Shown here one piece after another: positions 1-10,110 of a stretch of DNA of 64,000 bases. Within the stretch, counting starts at the first letter, position 1, and each line of letters opens with the position of its first letter. The stretch is from positions 768,001-832,000 of the forward strand of contig CAVZYA010000002.1 in NCBI GenBank assembly GCA_963779415.1. Reading direction: 5' to 3'. A program made the translations under genes and the position numbers. Origin of the DNA: an uncultured Acidobacteriota bacterium (GTDB lineage Bacteria; Acidobacteriota; Thermoanaerobaculia; UBA5066). The notes beneath the pieces were generated by a model. That model was not told the DNA's origin. It saw only the letters and a program-made list of their open reading frames with translations, and searched no databases.

Positions 1-603
1 GCGCCGACGGCGGACGAGGTCCGCGAAGCCGCCGAGGAGGACGCCAAGAGACACAGGCGGATCGAGGAGCGGGCCGCGCGCCATGCCTCGTCGCCGCCGA
101 AAGTCTCGGGTAACGACGACGATCCTTTCCTCGACGACCAGCGGCTCTCCGAGATACTCGGCCGGTACGAGCTTCGGTTCGTCGGCGAGGAGGTGGCCGA
201 CGGGCGTCTCGTCTACGTTCTCGACTTTTCCCCGCGGCCGGGGCTTCCCACCCACTCCGTTTCGGAGCGGGCCTTCGCTTCGATGGCGGGACGGGCGGTG
301 ATCGACGCCTCCGACCTCCAGATCCTCTCCCTCGAGGCGCACCTGACGAAGAACCTCAAGGTGGCCGGCGGCATCGCAGCGAACGTGAAGGAGGCGCGGA
401 TGGTCTACCGCGCCGTCCGGCTCGGCCCCGACGCGTGGTTTCCGTGCCGGGTCGACCTCGATGTCTCCGGCAAGGCGATCCTCTTCTTCCGGATCGCCTC
501 CGGCTTCCGCTTCGACTTCGGGACGCCGAAGAGGTTTTCCGTCGAGGAGGAGGCGGTCGTCGGCGAGCCGGCCGGCGTCCCTCCCGGGCCCGAGCGGCCC
601 TGA
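1..603 (+). CDS. Hypothetical exported protein, 5'-partial (outer-membrane lipoprotein-sorting/LolA-like beta-sheet protein)
   Basis: Frame 1 is open from base 1 to TGA at 601-603. Segments 'GEEVADGRLVYVLDFSPRP' and 'GPDAWFPCRVDL' resemble this class. Confidence 0.55.
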   Translation, partial: APTADEVREAAEEDAKRHRRIEERAARHASSPPKVSGNDDDPFLDDQRLSEILGRYELRFVGEEVADGRLVYVLDFSPRPGLPTHSVSERAFASMAGRAVIDASDLQILSLEAHLTKNLKVAGGIAANVKEARMVYRAVRLGPDAWFPCRVDLDVSGKAILFFRIASGFRFDFGTPKRFSVEEEAVVGEPAGVPPGPERP

Positions 604-627
604 CGCGCTCCCCGTAGAATCGTCGCG

Positions 628-1200
628 ATGACGCCCATTCAGCGCCGACTCACCCTCGGCGGAGGCTTCGCGGCCGCCGCCCTACTCTTCGTCTTCGCCT
701 GGCGCTCCTCACTCGTGCCGGCGACGCATCCCGACCACGACCACGGCATCCTGAACCTCGACGCCGGCGGCCGGCTCATGGTCGAGAGACGCGACGGCTC
801 GGAACGGAACCTCGTCGGACGGCCGGGAAAGGTGATGGTCGTTCACTTCTTCTCGACGGACGCGGCGGGCGCGGCCGCCGAGCTGGCCGCCCTTTTCGCG
901 ACACAGGAGCGGCTGAAGGCCGACCGGGGCGTCGACTGGGTCTTGATCGCCCGGAACACGGACTTCGCCTCGCTCGACTCGTGGCTCGCCGCCAGCCATC
1001 TCGCCCCTCCGGCGCCGAAGACCCTCTACCTCGATCCGAAGGGGGATACGACGCAGAAACTGAACTGCAAGCGGCCGCTCGACACCATGTTCTTCAACCT
1101 CGACGGGAAGCTCGCCTCTCAGACGCGCGGGCCGGCGAACTGGGCGCTGGAGGCGTCCGAGCGGATCGATCAGGCCCGGGGCGGCGCGACGATCGAGTAG
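628..1200 (+). CDS. Membrane-anchored TlpA/ResA-like thioredoxin-fold protein lacking CXXC
   Basis: N-terminal TM; 'GKVMVVHFFST...', 'LYLDPKG', 'TMFFNLDGKLA...GPANW' match the TlpA layout; WCxxC is replaced by DAAGA. Confidence 0.6.
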   Translation: MTPIQRRLTLGGGFAAAALLFVFAWRSSLVPATHPDHDHGILNLDAGGRLMVERRDGSERNLVGRPGKVMVVHFFSTDAAGAAAELAALFATQERLKADRGVDWVLIARNTDFASLDSWLAASHLAPPAPKTLYLDPKGDTTQKLNCKRPLDTMFFNLDGKLASQTRGPANWALEASERIDQARGGATIE

Positions 1201-1204
1201 TCGT

Positions 1205-1804
1205 TCACCCGGGAGCGTCGAGAGCGGGAAGCGTGGTGGCGAGGCCGGGGGCCCCCCAGAAGGAGAGTCCCAGCTCCACGAGGCCTGAACGCCGGAAGGC
1301 GGCTCGGTACCAGACGGCCGGCCTCCCGGAGAAGCCGTCGAGGTCTCCTTCCGCGCCGTCTTCGGCCGTGAAGACGGGGAGGAAGGCCGCGCCCCCCGTT
1401 CGTGCCGCGAGCTCCGGCAGTCCTCTCCGGATCTCCTCGTCGGAAAGGTAGTGGAGGACGTCGGCCGAGATGACGAGATCGAAGCGCCGCTCGGGAAGCC
1501 GGGCGAGGTCATCGAAACGTCCCGCCGTGACGTTCCGCGACCGGCCGTACCGGGAGACGACGTACGGGCTCGGATCGACCCCGAGATAGGTCGCCCGGGG
1601 ACGGAAGGCGAGGATCGGTGCGCGCCACGCCCCTTCGCCGCAGCCGATGTCGAGGACGTTCCGGAGAGTTCGGCCCAGGAGATGCTCCACGACGGCAACC
1701 GCGAGGCGGGCGCGGCGGGCGCGCGCGGCGCCGGTCGTGACACGGTGCTCCGGGCTTCGGTACCAGCGGTCGAAGTAGGCGCGGTCGTAGCGCTTTGCCG
1801 TCAC
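1205..1804 (-). CDS. Class I SAM-dependent methyltransferase
   Basis: VLDIGCGEG motif I, 'FDLVISADVLHYL'. GTG start at 1804 overlaps the upstream TGA (GTGA). Confidence 0.85.
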   Translation of the reverse strand: MTAKRYDRAYFDRWYRSPEHRVTTGAARARRARLAVAVVEHLLGRTLRNVLDIGCGEGAWRAPILAFRPRATYLGVDPSPYVVSRYGRSRNVTAGRFDDLARLPERRFDLVISADVLHYLSDEEIRRGLPELAARTGGAAFLPVFTAEDGAEGDLDGFSGRPAVWYRAAFRRSGLVELGLSFWGAPGLATTLPALDAPG

Positions 1805-3636
1805 GGGGCGATCATCGCCTCCCAGACGGCGCGCGACATCTTCCGCGACGCCTCGATGACGCGCTTTCGCCCCTCCTCGTTCGCCCCGAAGTCGTCCGCG
1901 AGAAGGACGAGCACGTACTCGCGTCCGCCCGGGAGCCGGACGACAGCGGCGTCGTGCTGAACGGAGGAGATCGACCCCGTCTTGTGCCCGACGACGGCGC
2001 CCGACTGCGGGTGGAGCCCGGCGGGAATCTGGTCGTTGAAGGTCTGCCCCGTCAGAATCTCCCACGCCTTCGCCTTCGAAGAGGCCGAGAGTTTCGACGT
2101 CCGGACGGCGGCCTCCATCACGGTCCCCATCCCGGCCGCATCGGTCTCGTTGTTGAGCCCCTTCTCATAGGCCTTCGAGTCCTCGACGCACCGGCGGACC
2201 TTCACCGTCGGAGCGCCGAGCGCGTCGGTGAACCTCTGGACCGCCTCCGGGCCGACGTGTGAAAGGACGATGTCCGTCGCGAGATTCGAGGAGCGGACGA
2301 TCATCTCCCTGACGAGGAACTCGAGCGGCGCGCTCTTGCCGAGATACGCCATCGTCGGCCCGTCGTCCACCGGATCGAGGCCGATCGAGAAGGTCGACCC
2401 ATCCACGGCCGACCGAAACTCGTTCTTTACGGGCAACTCGTCCGAGAGATTCAACGACCCTTCGTCGACGCGGCGAAGCACCTCCAGCATCACGGGTGTC
2501 TTCATGGTGGAGGCGGCGTGCATGGAGACAGAAGGATTCTTCGAGAGGGATCGGCCGCTCCCGAGATCCTTGAACCAGATTCCGAAGCGCGCTCCGCTGC
2601 CGTCCGCGATCGCGTCGAGGGCGCGCCCGAGTTCGCGCACCGTCGTCTCGGTCAGCTCCGGCCCGCCCTTCTCGTTCGAAGAGATCCTCAATCTCCGGGC
2701 GTAACGGAAGAGCGGCTTGAGGAACGGGCTGTCGAAGGGGGTGATCTGCACGCCGGGGACGTTGTGGCGCGTCGACTGGAGGACCGTTCCGTCCCCGATC
2801 CAGATCGCCTCGTGGTCGATCCGGTTCTCCGTCCCGAAGAAAAGAAGGTCGCCGGGGCGAAGAGCGTCGAACGAGACCGGAACGAGCGCTTCATCCTGGA
2901 AGGCCTGCTCGTAGCTGTTCCGCTTCAGCGTCACGCCGTGCTCCGAGAAGATCCGCTGCACGAGCCCCGAACAGTCGAAGCCGAGAGGCGTCGTCCCGCC
3001 CCACGTGTACGGGGCTCCGACGAAGCGCTTGCCGAAGGCGATCCAGGAGGAGGGGGAACGAAGAGGGGGATTCTCTTCGAAGGAAACGAGGGCGACGTCG
3101 CGCGCGGCCATGTATCCTTCGCGCCCATCCGGCAGGGCGACGCGGACCCAAGAATAGGATTCGCCCTCTTTACCTTCTAAGAAATCCGAAAAACTCATCC
3201 TCGCGCCTACCGGGGCACTGAGCAGTGGACGCGCCATGGTGAAGGACGGGGAAGAGTAGACGTGGGCGAAATTCGACGTCACGCGAACGACCTTCGCGCC
3301 GGCAGCGGGCGGGAGATCTCCACGGCGTATGGCTCGCTCGGGAATCCAGGCGACCTCTCCGGCCGCCGTCCGCACTTTCGCGAAGCCGGTGGCGTCCTCG
3401 AGCACGGTGAGACGGTCACCGAGGATCACCTGGTCGTCCACGGGGGCGGTCTCGTCGGGGCGGGCGTAGAGGTTCTCGGTGGCGGCCGTGACGACCACGG
3501 TGCCGGGAGATGTTGTGGCCGAAGCGGTCCCGGCGAGGAGAGCGGCGACGACGAGGGCCGACGAAGGACGGAGGGCGCGCACGACCCAATTCTCTCCCGG
3601 CCGGCGGCGGCGCGGGTCAGTCGGTCCGGCGGACAT
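1801..3636 (-). CDS. Secreted SH3b-SH3b-NlpC/P60 (YkfC-like) peptidase fused to class A beta-lactamase-like serine hydrolase
   Basis: Signal peptide; 'PYTWGGTTPLGFDCSG' and 'DHEAIW' (NlpC/P60 Cys/His); C-terminal half has SxxK (ASTMK), SSN and HKTG motifs. Confidence 0.85.
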   Translation of the reverse strand: MSAGPTDPRRRRPGENWVVRALRPSSALVVAALLAGTASATTSPGTVVVTAATENLYARPDETAPVDDQVILGDRLTVLEDATGFAKVRTAAGEVAWIPERAIRRGDLPPAAGAKVVRVTSNFAHVYSSPSFTMARPLLSAPVGARMSFSDFLEGKEGESYSWVRVALPDGREGYMAARDVALVSFEENPPLRSPSSWIAFGKRFVGAPYTWGGTTPLGFDCSGLVQRIFSEHGVTLKRNSYEQAFQDEALVPVSFDALRPGDLLFFGTENRIDHEAIWIGDGTVLQSTRHNVPGVQITPFDSPFLKPLFRYARRLRISSNEKGGPELTETTVRELGRALDAIADGSGARFGIWFKDLGSGRSLSKNPSVSMHAASTMKTPVMLEVLRRVDEGSLNLSDELPVKNEFRSAVDGSTFSIGLDPVDDGPTMAYLGKSAPLEFLVREMIVRSSNLATDIVLSHVGPEAVQRFTDALGAPTVKVRRCVEDSKAYEKGLNNETDAAGMGTVMEAAVRTSKLSASSKAKAWEILTGQTFNDQIPAGLHPQSGAVVGHKTGSISSVQHDAAVVRLPGGREYVLVLLADDFGANEEGRKRVIEASRKMSRAVWEAMIAP

Positions 3637-4474
3637 TCCGGATCGCGCCGGAACTCTCCGATTTCACCGTGATCATCCGCCGGTCCGCGCGCCCGATCGT
3701 CCGCTCGAGCGTCTCGTGCTCGCTCCGGGAGGCCCAGCCGAGCGAGAAGGAGACGAGACGCTCCGCTTGTGCGGACGTCCGGAGGCGTTCGGCGACGGCT
3801 TCCGCGGCCGCCTCGTCGGCTCCCGGGAGGATGACGAGGAACTCGTCGCCTCCCATCCGGATGACGACCTCCTCGGCCCGGGTCTCGCGCATCAGGAAGC
3901 GTGCGAGGCGGGTGAGGGCCGCATCGCCGGCCGCGTGCCCGTGCCGGTCGTTGTAGAGCTTGAAGCCGTCCACGTCGGCCATGAGGCAGCCCCACGGCTC
4001 GTCGGTCGGGTCGTGCCGGGCGGCGAACTGGGCGAGGAAACGGCGGTTGAAGCAGCCCGTCAGCGGGTCACGGAGGATCTGGTCGCGAAGCTGCTCCTCG
4101 AGGCGCTTCCGGTCGGTGATGTCGATCAGGATGCCGTGGTAGACCTCCTCGCCCGTCGTCGGGTCGGCGCAGACGTAGGCCGTGTCGATGACCGTACGGA
4201 TCTCGCCGTTCTTCCGTCGGAGCTGGAGCTCGAAGTCCCGGACGACGCCGTCTCGCGCGAGGATGTCCATCTCCTTCTCGCGGGCCTTCGGGTCGACGAG
4301 GAGGTCCGGCACGAGGCCCAGCTCCCCGAGCGATGCGACGCCGAACATCTCGAAAAACGCAGGATTTCCCTCGAGGATCCGCCCGTCCGGCGTCGAGACG
4401 TAGATTCCTTCCTTCAGGGAACGAATGAACCGCCGGAGGTTCTCCGGATCCTCGAGAGAGAGATGCCGCGGCAC
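3617..4474 (-). CDS. PAS-GGDEF diguanylate cyclase
   Basis: PAS/PAC ('DGRILEGNPAF', 'DITDRKRLE'), DPLTG, 'DVDGFKLYND', intact 'RMGGDEF'. Likely GTG start at 4474. Confidence 0.9.
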   Translation of the reverse strand: MPRHLSLEDPENLRRFIRSLKEGIYVSTPDGRILEGNPAFFEMFGVASLGELGLVPDLLVDPKAREKEMDILARDGVVRDFELQLRRKNGEIRTVIDTAYVCADPTTGEEVYHGILIDITDRKRLEEQLRDQILRDPLTGCFNRRFLAQFAARHDPTDEPWGCLMADVDGFKLYNDRHGHAAGDAALTRLARFLMRETRAEEVVIRMGGDEFLVILPGADEAAAEAVAERLRTSAQAERLVSFSLGWASRSEHETLERTIGRADRRMITVKSESSGAIRNVRRTD

Positions 4475-4515
4475 AGCGCGCAAATCGTACTCCTTCGCCG
4501 CGGCATAATCGGCCC

Positions 4516-5660
4516 ATGACGAACGAGCTCACACGCCGCTCCCTTCTCGCCGGCTCCGCGGTCCTCGCGGGAGGGGCGTTTCTTCCCGAATCCGCCGTCG
4601 CCTCGCAGGCTGCCGCGACCGCGTCGTCAGCCGGGAAGGCGGCGCTGTCGCTCGTCCCGCTCGAGCTGAAGCTGACGCACCCCTGGACGATCTCCCGGAA
4701 CTCGTCGACCGAAAAGAAGAACGGTCTCGTGGCGCTCGTGGCGGACGGCGTCACCGGGTACGGCGAGGCGGCGGCGAACGTCCGCTACGGGCAGAGCTGG
4801 GAATCGGGCGAGGCGGCCTTCGCCCGGGTCAAGAAGGCCGTCGAGGGGCTCTCGCCGTGGGAGCACCTCGTCTTTCTCGAGCGGGCCGAAAAGGAGGCCG
4901 GCGGCGACTCGCAGATCGTCGCGGCGCTCGACATGGCTCTCTGGGACTGGAAGGGGAAGAAGCTCGGCGCACCCGGTCCATCGCCTCCTCGGAATGCCCG
5001 ACAGACCGAATGGCGGTGACGACCTTCACGATCGGCATCGACACGCCCGGAGATGATGCAGAAGAAGGTCCAGGAGGGGGAGAAGTACCCGCTCGTTGAA
5101 AGTGAAGGTGGGGCTGCCGGCCGACGAGGAGAACGTCAGGGCGATCCGCGCCGTGACGAAAAAGCCGATCCGCGTCGACGCGAACGAGGGATGGAAGACG
5201 CCCGAGGAGGCGATCGGGCGGATCCAGTGGCTCGCCACGATGGGGATCGAGTTCGTCGAGCAGCCGATGCCCGCGTCGATGAACGCGTCGATGAAGGGGG
5301 TGAAGGCCGCCTCGCCGCTGCCGCTCGTCGCGGACGAGTCGGTCCTCCACCCGGCCGACGTCCCGGGCCTCGTCGGCCTCTTCGACGGCATCAACGTGAA
5401 GCTCGCCAAGTGCGGCGGCATCACCCGCGCATACGAGATGGCGGCCATCGGCCGGGCACTCGGCTTCAAGCTGATGCTCGGCTGCATGATCGAGTCGTCG
5501 GTCGGCATCGCGGCCGGCGTCGCGGTCGCGCCGCTCTTCGACTGGCTCGACCTCGACGGGAATCTCCTCGATCGCGAACGACCCCTTCAAGGGCCTCGCG
5601 ATCGTGGACGGACGGTGGCGGGAGCCGATGGGCCCGGGGCTCGGGGTCGTCAGGGCCTGA
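4516..5660 (+). CDS. L-Ala-D/L-Glu dipeptide epimerase (enolase superfamily, YkfB/YcjG-like) with Tat signal; frameshifted
   Basis: 'TRRSLL' Tat motif; 'GYGEAA', KVK, 'RVDANEGW', 'EQP', 'ADES', 'NVKLAKCGG', 'GCMIES', 'DLDG'. Frame breaks near 4970, 5050-5100 and 5570. Confidence 0.85.
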
Positions 5661-7956
5661 CGGGCCCGCGTCCCGGGACGAGTCCGAGCAGGGCGCAGAG
5701 AACGTAGCAGCCGATCGCGGCAAGGAAGAGGGAGCGGATGCCGAAATGGAGCGCCGCGACGGCCGCCAGCGCGCCTCCCGCGACGGACGCGATCCCGTCC
5801 GCAGCGTAGACCGCCGCCGCCGCCCTCTGTCTCGGACCTGCCCAGCGTTCGATCACCGCCGGAAAACAGGCGCCCGCGGCGATCGTCGGCGGCGCGAAGA
5901 GAGCGGCGGCGGCGAGCAGGAGGGCGGCGTCTCCCTCTCCCGGGGAGGCGTCGAGAAGACGTCCCCAGAGTGCTACCGATCCGGTGAGGGTGACCGCCGT
6001 CGCCGCCGAGAAGAGGGCGAGCCGAAGGGACGTCGTTCCGCCGTGGAGCCGCACGGCGAGGAGGGCCCCGAGGCTTCCGAAGACGAACATCCCGCCGACT
6101 CCGAACGCCACCGCGAGCGTCGGGTTGCCGAAGAGGAAATGAGCGCGGTGGATCAACCCGGCCTGCAGGAAGATGAAGCCGAGGCCGAGAGCGGCCCCCG
6201 CTCCCCAGCCGGGAAGTGGGAGAGAGCCCGCCGACTCCGGCCGGCGGAGCGTATCGGCCACCGCGAGGAGGACGACGAGGGCGAGACAGGCCGCGCCGAG
6301 CCGGACCCAAACCGTGCCGGCGCGCCGCTCGAGATTGAAGAAGAAGGGGGATTCGTCCGTCGCGGGGGTCAGGTCCGGCTCGCTCCGGGCGACCCAGGAG
6401 GCGAGCGTCGTCTCTCCGCTCGCGAGGCTCCGGTACGGCTCCTCGGCCGGCCCTCCGGGAGCGAAGCGGACGCGGATTGCCTTTGCGGCACCCTCGAGAA
6501 GCTGCGTGACGCGCCCGAGCGAGACGGGCGCGCCGTGGACCAGAACGAGGTCGGAGAAGGCGCTCGAGGCGTCCGTCTCCAGGATCACGAACCGTTTCAT
6601 GGCCTCGGGCTCCGTGAGGCCGAGGCGCCGGAAGGCTTCGAGAGCCGTCGCGACGGTCTTGTCGGCCAGCTCGGTCTGGTTCTGGACGACCTCGATCGCC
6701 CCGCCCGGCGCCAGGTGCGCGAGATACGTCTCCATCGCCTCGACCGTGAAGACCCAGTTCTGTCGGGCGACGTTGCTTCGCCCCTCCGACGGGTCGTTCT
6801 GAATGAGCGACAGCTCGATCAGGTCGTACCGCTCGGACGTGTCCCGGAGAAAGCGACGCGCATCCGCCCGGACCACCCGGACCTCGCTCCGGTCGTAGAC
6901 ATGGCCGGAAAACTCCGCGAGGCCGCGCGTGAAGCGGATCGTGGCGCGGTTGATCTCGACGGCCGTCACGTCCGTCGCGCCCCCCTGGAGGGCGATCGCC
7001 ACGTCGAAGCCGCCGCCGGCGCCGAGGATCAGGACTTTCTTCGGCCGCCCGTTCCGGAACGGAAGCGCCTTCAGAGCGGCGCGCCCCTCCAGCTCCGGAT
7101 GGTCGAAACGGGGCGAGCGTCCGTCCCAGCGGACGACGCCGGCGGCATACATCCGGTCGGTGTAGAGATACTTCGCCCAGGGTCGGTCCATCTCCACGAG
7201 GTCGATGCGGGCGAAGTCGTCGTAGGCCGTGGCCAGAACGCGGCCGTGGTGCGACCGCGTCTCCCAGACGAGCTGCGGTTCGAACGTCACGACGGCGTAG
7301 GGGTCGACGGCGAGGACGCCGCCGGGGACGGCGAGATTCGCGAGAAGCAGAGCCGCCGGCGCCGCCGCGACGAGGGTGGGTGCGACGCGGGACGAGGCGA
7401 TGGAGAGCGGAAGCGCCGCGAGGCCGGCGACGCTCGCCGCGGCGAGACCGGTATTGACGTCGCCGATTCGCGGGAGAAGTACCAGTGCCGCGGCGACGCC
7501 GGCTCCCCCTCCGGCCATCTCGAAGGCATAGGTCAGGGAGGCGCGCGCTCCGATCCAGACGTAGGCTGTCGCCAGGCACGCTCCCGCGAAAAGGAAGGGA
7601 AGTGCGAAGACGCCGGCTTCGAAAGCGAGCTTCACGCGGATTACGAGCACCCAGGCGACGCCGGCCGAGAGGCCGGTGAGGAGTGCGAGAAGCCGGATCC
7701 GGGCGGGGGTGACCTCCCGTCCGCGTCGCGCCCTCTGCCAGTGGACGGCCGCGGCGCCGATTCCGAGCGCGGCGATGCAGACGGAAAGGACAAGAAAGGT
7801 CGCCTGCGTGTAAACGAGGACGGACGAGACCCGGGTCAGGGCGATCTGGTAGATCGCGAGGGCGAAGGAGACGAGCCCGAGGGTCAGACGGACCGCGAAG
7901 ACCGGCGCGTCGTCCCGCGGCGCTCCGGTGTCGTCGAGGCCCGGGTTTCCGGACAC
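5650..7956 (-). CDS. Multi-TM membrane protein with spermidine synthase-like SAM-binding domain
   Basis: TM bundles flank 'KVLILGAGGGFDV...VTAVEIN...DARRFL...YDLI'; 'PATDESPFFF' motif. Confidence 0.8.
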   Translation of the reverse strand: MSGNPGLDDTGAPRDDAPVFAVRLTLGLVSFALAIYQIALTRVSSVLVYTQATFLVLSVCIAALGIGAAAVHWQRARRGREVTPARIRLLALLTGLSAGVAWVLVIRVKLAFEAGVFALPFLFAGACLATAYVWIGARASLTYAFEMAGGGAGVAAALVLLPRIGDVNTGLAAASVAGLAALPLSIASSRVAPTLVAAAPAALLLANLAVPGGVLAVDPYAVVTFEPQLVWETRSHHGRVLATAYDDFARIDLVEMDRPWAKYLYTDRMYAAGVVRWDGRSPRFDHPELEGRAALKALPFRNGRPKKVLILGAGGGFDVAIALQGGATDVTAVEINRATIRFTRGLAEFSGHVYDRSEVRVVRADARRFLRDTSERYDLIELSLIQNDPSEGRSNVARQNWVFTVEAMETYLAHLAPGGAIEVVQNQTELADKTVATALEAFRRLGLTEPEAMKRFVILETDASSAFSDLVLVHGAPVSLGRVTQLLEGAAKAIRVRFAPGGPAEEPYRSLASGETTLASWVARSEPDLTPATDESPFFFNLERRAGTVWVRLGAACLALVVLLAVADTLRRPESAGSLPLPGWGAGAALGLGFIFLQAGLIHRAHFLFGNPTLAVAFGVGGMFVFGSLGALLAVRLHGGTTSLRLALFSAATAVTLTGSVALWGRLLDASPGEGDAALLLAAAALFAPPTIAAGACFPAVIERWAGPRQRAAAAVYAADGIASVAGGALAAVAALHFGIRSLFLAAIGCYVLCALLGLVPGRGPVRP

Positions 7957-7957
7957 G

Positions 7958-8827
7958 TCAGGGGAGCGGGTAGATGCCGGGAGAGCCGTCCCCCGGGGTT
8001 CCGATCGTCCGGACGGGGGTCCGTTTCTCCCGGGCCCGCCGGATCGCCTCGGCGAGAGGCTCTTCCGGACCGCGGGTCGCTGCCCCGACGCGGAACGGCG
8101 GAAGCAGCTCTCGCGACGCCGCGAAGACGAGCCGCTCGAGGATCGTCCCGACGCCCTTCTCGTCGACGTCGCGAAGGAGGAGCAGGAACTCGTTCGAGTG
8201 CATCCGGACGACGGCGGTCTCGGCGCGCGACTGGCGCATCAGGAAGCGGGTGATCCGGTTGGCGACGGGGTCCGGCGTCCCGTCGTCCGGCACCGCCGAC
8301 GCACCGGAGCGGTCCAGCTCGACGACGACGCAGCCGCGGGGCTCGGCCGGCGGCTCGCTTCCCCGGGAGACCTGCGCGAGATAGCGCCGGTTGTAGCAAC
8401 CCGTGATCGGGTCGCGGAGCGCCTGCTCTTCGAGCGCCGTCTCCAGCTCCTTCCGCTCGGTCACGTCGGTGAGGACGCCGTGGTAGTAGACGTCCCCGGA
8501 TTCGGGGTCGACGCGGACCCACGCCGTGTCCAGAACGGTGCGGATCTCCCCGTCGCGGCGCCGGACCTTCAGCTCGAAATCGACGACGGACCCGAACTTG
8601 TCGAGAGCCTCTTTCCATCTCTCGCGCTGGAGCGGATCGACGAGGTAGTCACCGGCCTTCGCGGCGCGGAGGTCCTCCACGTTGCGCGCGCCGAGAATCG
8701 CCAGAAACGCGGGGTTCGCGTCGAGGATCTCGCCTGCCGGGGTCGAGATGTAGACCCCTTCCCGCATCCTCTCGAGGAGATGCCGGGCCGTGCCCGGCTC
8801 GTCGAGGTGCCGGAGTCCGTCGAGCAT
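7958..8827 (-). CDS. PAS plus degenerate GGDEF protein
   Basis: Paralogue of 3617-4474 ('EGVYISTPAGEILDANPAF', 'RDPITGCYNRRYL'); active site reads 'RMHSNEF'. Confidence 0.8.
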   Translation of the reverse strand: MLDGLRHLDEPGTARHLLERMREGVYISTPAGEILDANPAFLAILGARNVEDLRAAKAGDYLVDPLQRERWKEALDKFGSVVDFELKVRRRDGEIRTVLDTAWVRVDPESGDVYYHGVLTDVTERKELETALEEQALRDPITGCYNRRYLAQVSRGSEPPAEPRGCVVVELDRSGASAVPDDGTPDPVANRITRFLMRQSRAETAVVRMHSNEFLLLLRDVDEKGVGTILERLVFAASRELLPPFRVGAATRGPEEPLAEAIRRAREKRTPVRTIGTPGDGSPGIYPLP

Positions 8828-8898
8828 GGGACGCTCATGGTATCGCAGAGGCCCTGTCGGAGAGCGTCCCCGCCCGCTGATACGATGGCGATCCGCAC

Positions 8899-10036
8899 GT
8901 GAAGACGTCCCCCCCTCCACCCGCCGGACGCTTCGCGTCGCTCGACTTTTTCCGGGGAGTGACCGTCGCGGGGATGATCTTCGTCAACAACCCGGGAGAC
9001 TGGGGGCATCTCTATTGGCCGTTCGACCACGCGGAGTGGCACGGCTGGACCCCGACGGACCTCATCTTCCCGTTCTTCCTCTTCATCGTCGGGACGGCGG
9101 GGGTCTTCTCGATGTCGAAGCGGATGGAGCGCGGAGCCTCCCGGCCGACTCTCGCGCGGCATGCGTTTACGCGCGGCATGACGATCGTTCTGGTCGGCTG
9201 GGCGATGTCGTGGTTCCCCTTCACGCTCGAGCGCCTCTCGCGCCTCCGAATTCCGGGCGTCCTTCCCGCGCATCGGCGTCGTCTACGTTCTCGGAACGCT
9301 GATCGTTCTCGCCGTCTGGCGCCGCCGGGCGGCCGGCGTCGCCATCGCCGCCCTGCTCCTCGTCGCCCTGCACACCTGGCTCCTCGTCGGCCTCGGCTTC
9401 GACCTCACGCCCGGTGGAAACATCCAGCGGGCCGTCGACCTCGCCCTTCTCAAGGGGCATCTCTGGAAGAAGGAGTGGGACCCGGAAGGGATCGTCTCCA
9501 CCTTGACGGCGATCGCGACGATGCTCACCGGGACGCTCGCGGGCTTCGTCCTCGTGGGGAAGACGGGGGAGACGGCGTCCCGTTACCGGCGAGCGGCGGC
9601 GGCCCTCGCGCTTTGGGGCGCGGCCGGGATCGCCGCCGGGCTCGCCTGGAGCCGGTGGCTCCCGATCAACAAGAACCTCTGGACCGGCTCCTACGTCGTC
9701 TTCACCTCGGGTGCGGCGTGCGTGGCGCTCGCCGTCTCGATCGTCGTCGTCGACCTCAAGGGGTGGCTTTCTCCCCGCGGGATCTTCTTCACCTTCGGCC
9801 GGAACCCTCTCGTCGTCTTCGTCGGCTCGGGCCTCCTCGCGAAGAGCCTCGGCCTCGTGAAGCTGGCGGGGCCCGGCGGAAGGACGGTGAGCCTTCAACG
9901 GGTCCTTTACGACGGGGGCTTCTCCTGGATCGCGGATCCGACGCTCCGCTCCCATGCCTTCGCCGTCGTGACGATCCTCTTCTGGTGGGGGATCCTTCTC
10001 GTCTTCGAGCGGAAGGGGTGGTACTGGAAGGTCTGA
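8899..10036 (+). CDS. Heparan-alpha-glucosaminide N-acetyltransferase-like (NagX/DUF5009) membrane protein; frameshift near 9265
   Basis: 'SLDFFRG', 'VNNPG', 'HAEWHGWTPTDLIFPFFLF', 'WDPEG', 'PINKNLWT'. Confidence 0.85.
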
Positions 10037-10110
10037 AGGGATCCCCTCTCTCCGGTTATGATCGGCCTCGCCGTTTCGATCGGAGGCCCTAAACGAACGC
10101 ACGCTTCGGG

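Noticed and set aside
1801-2700. Bona fide antibiotic-resistance beta-lactamase
   Set aside because: SDN is replaced by SSN, the domain is fused to a cell-wall peptidase and the context is recycling; resistance cannot be claimed from sequence alone.
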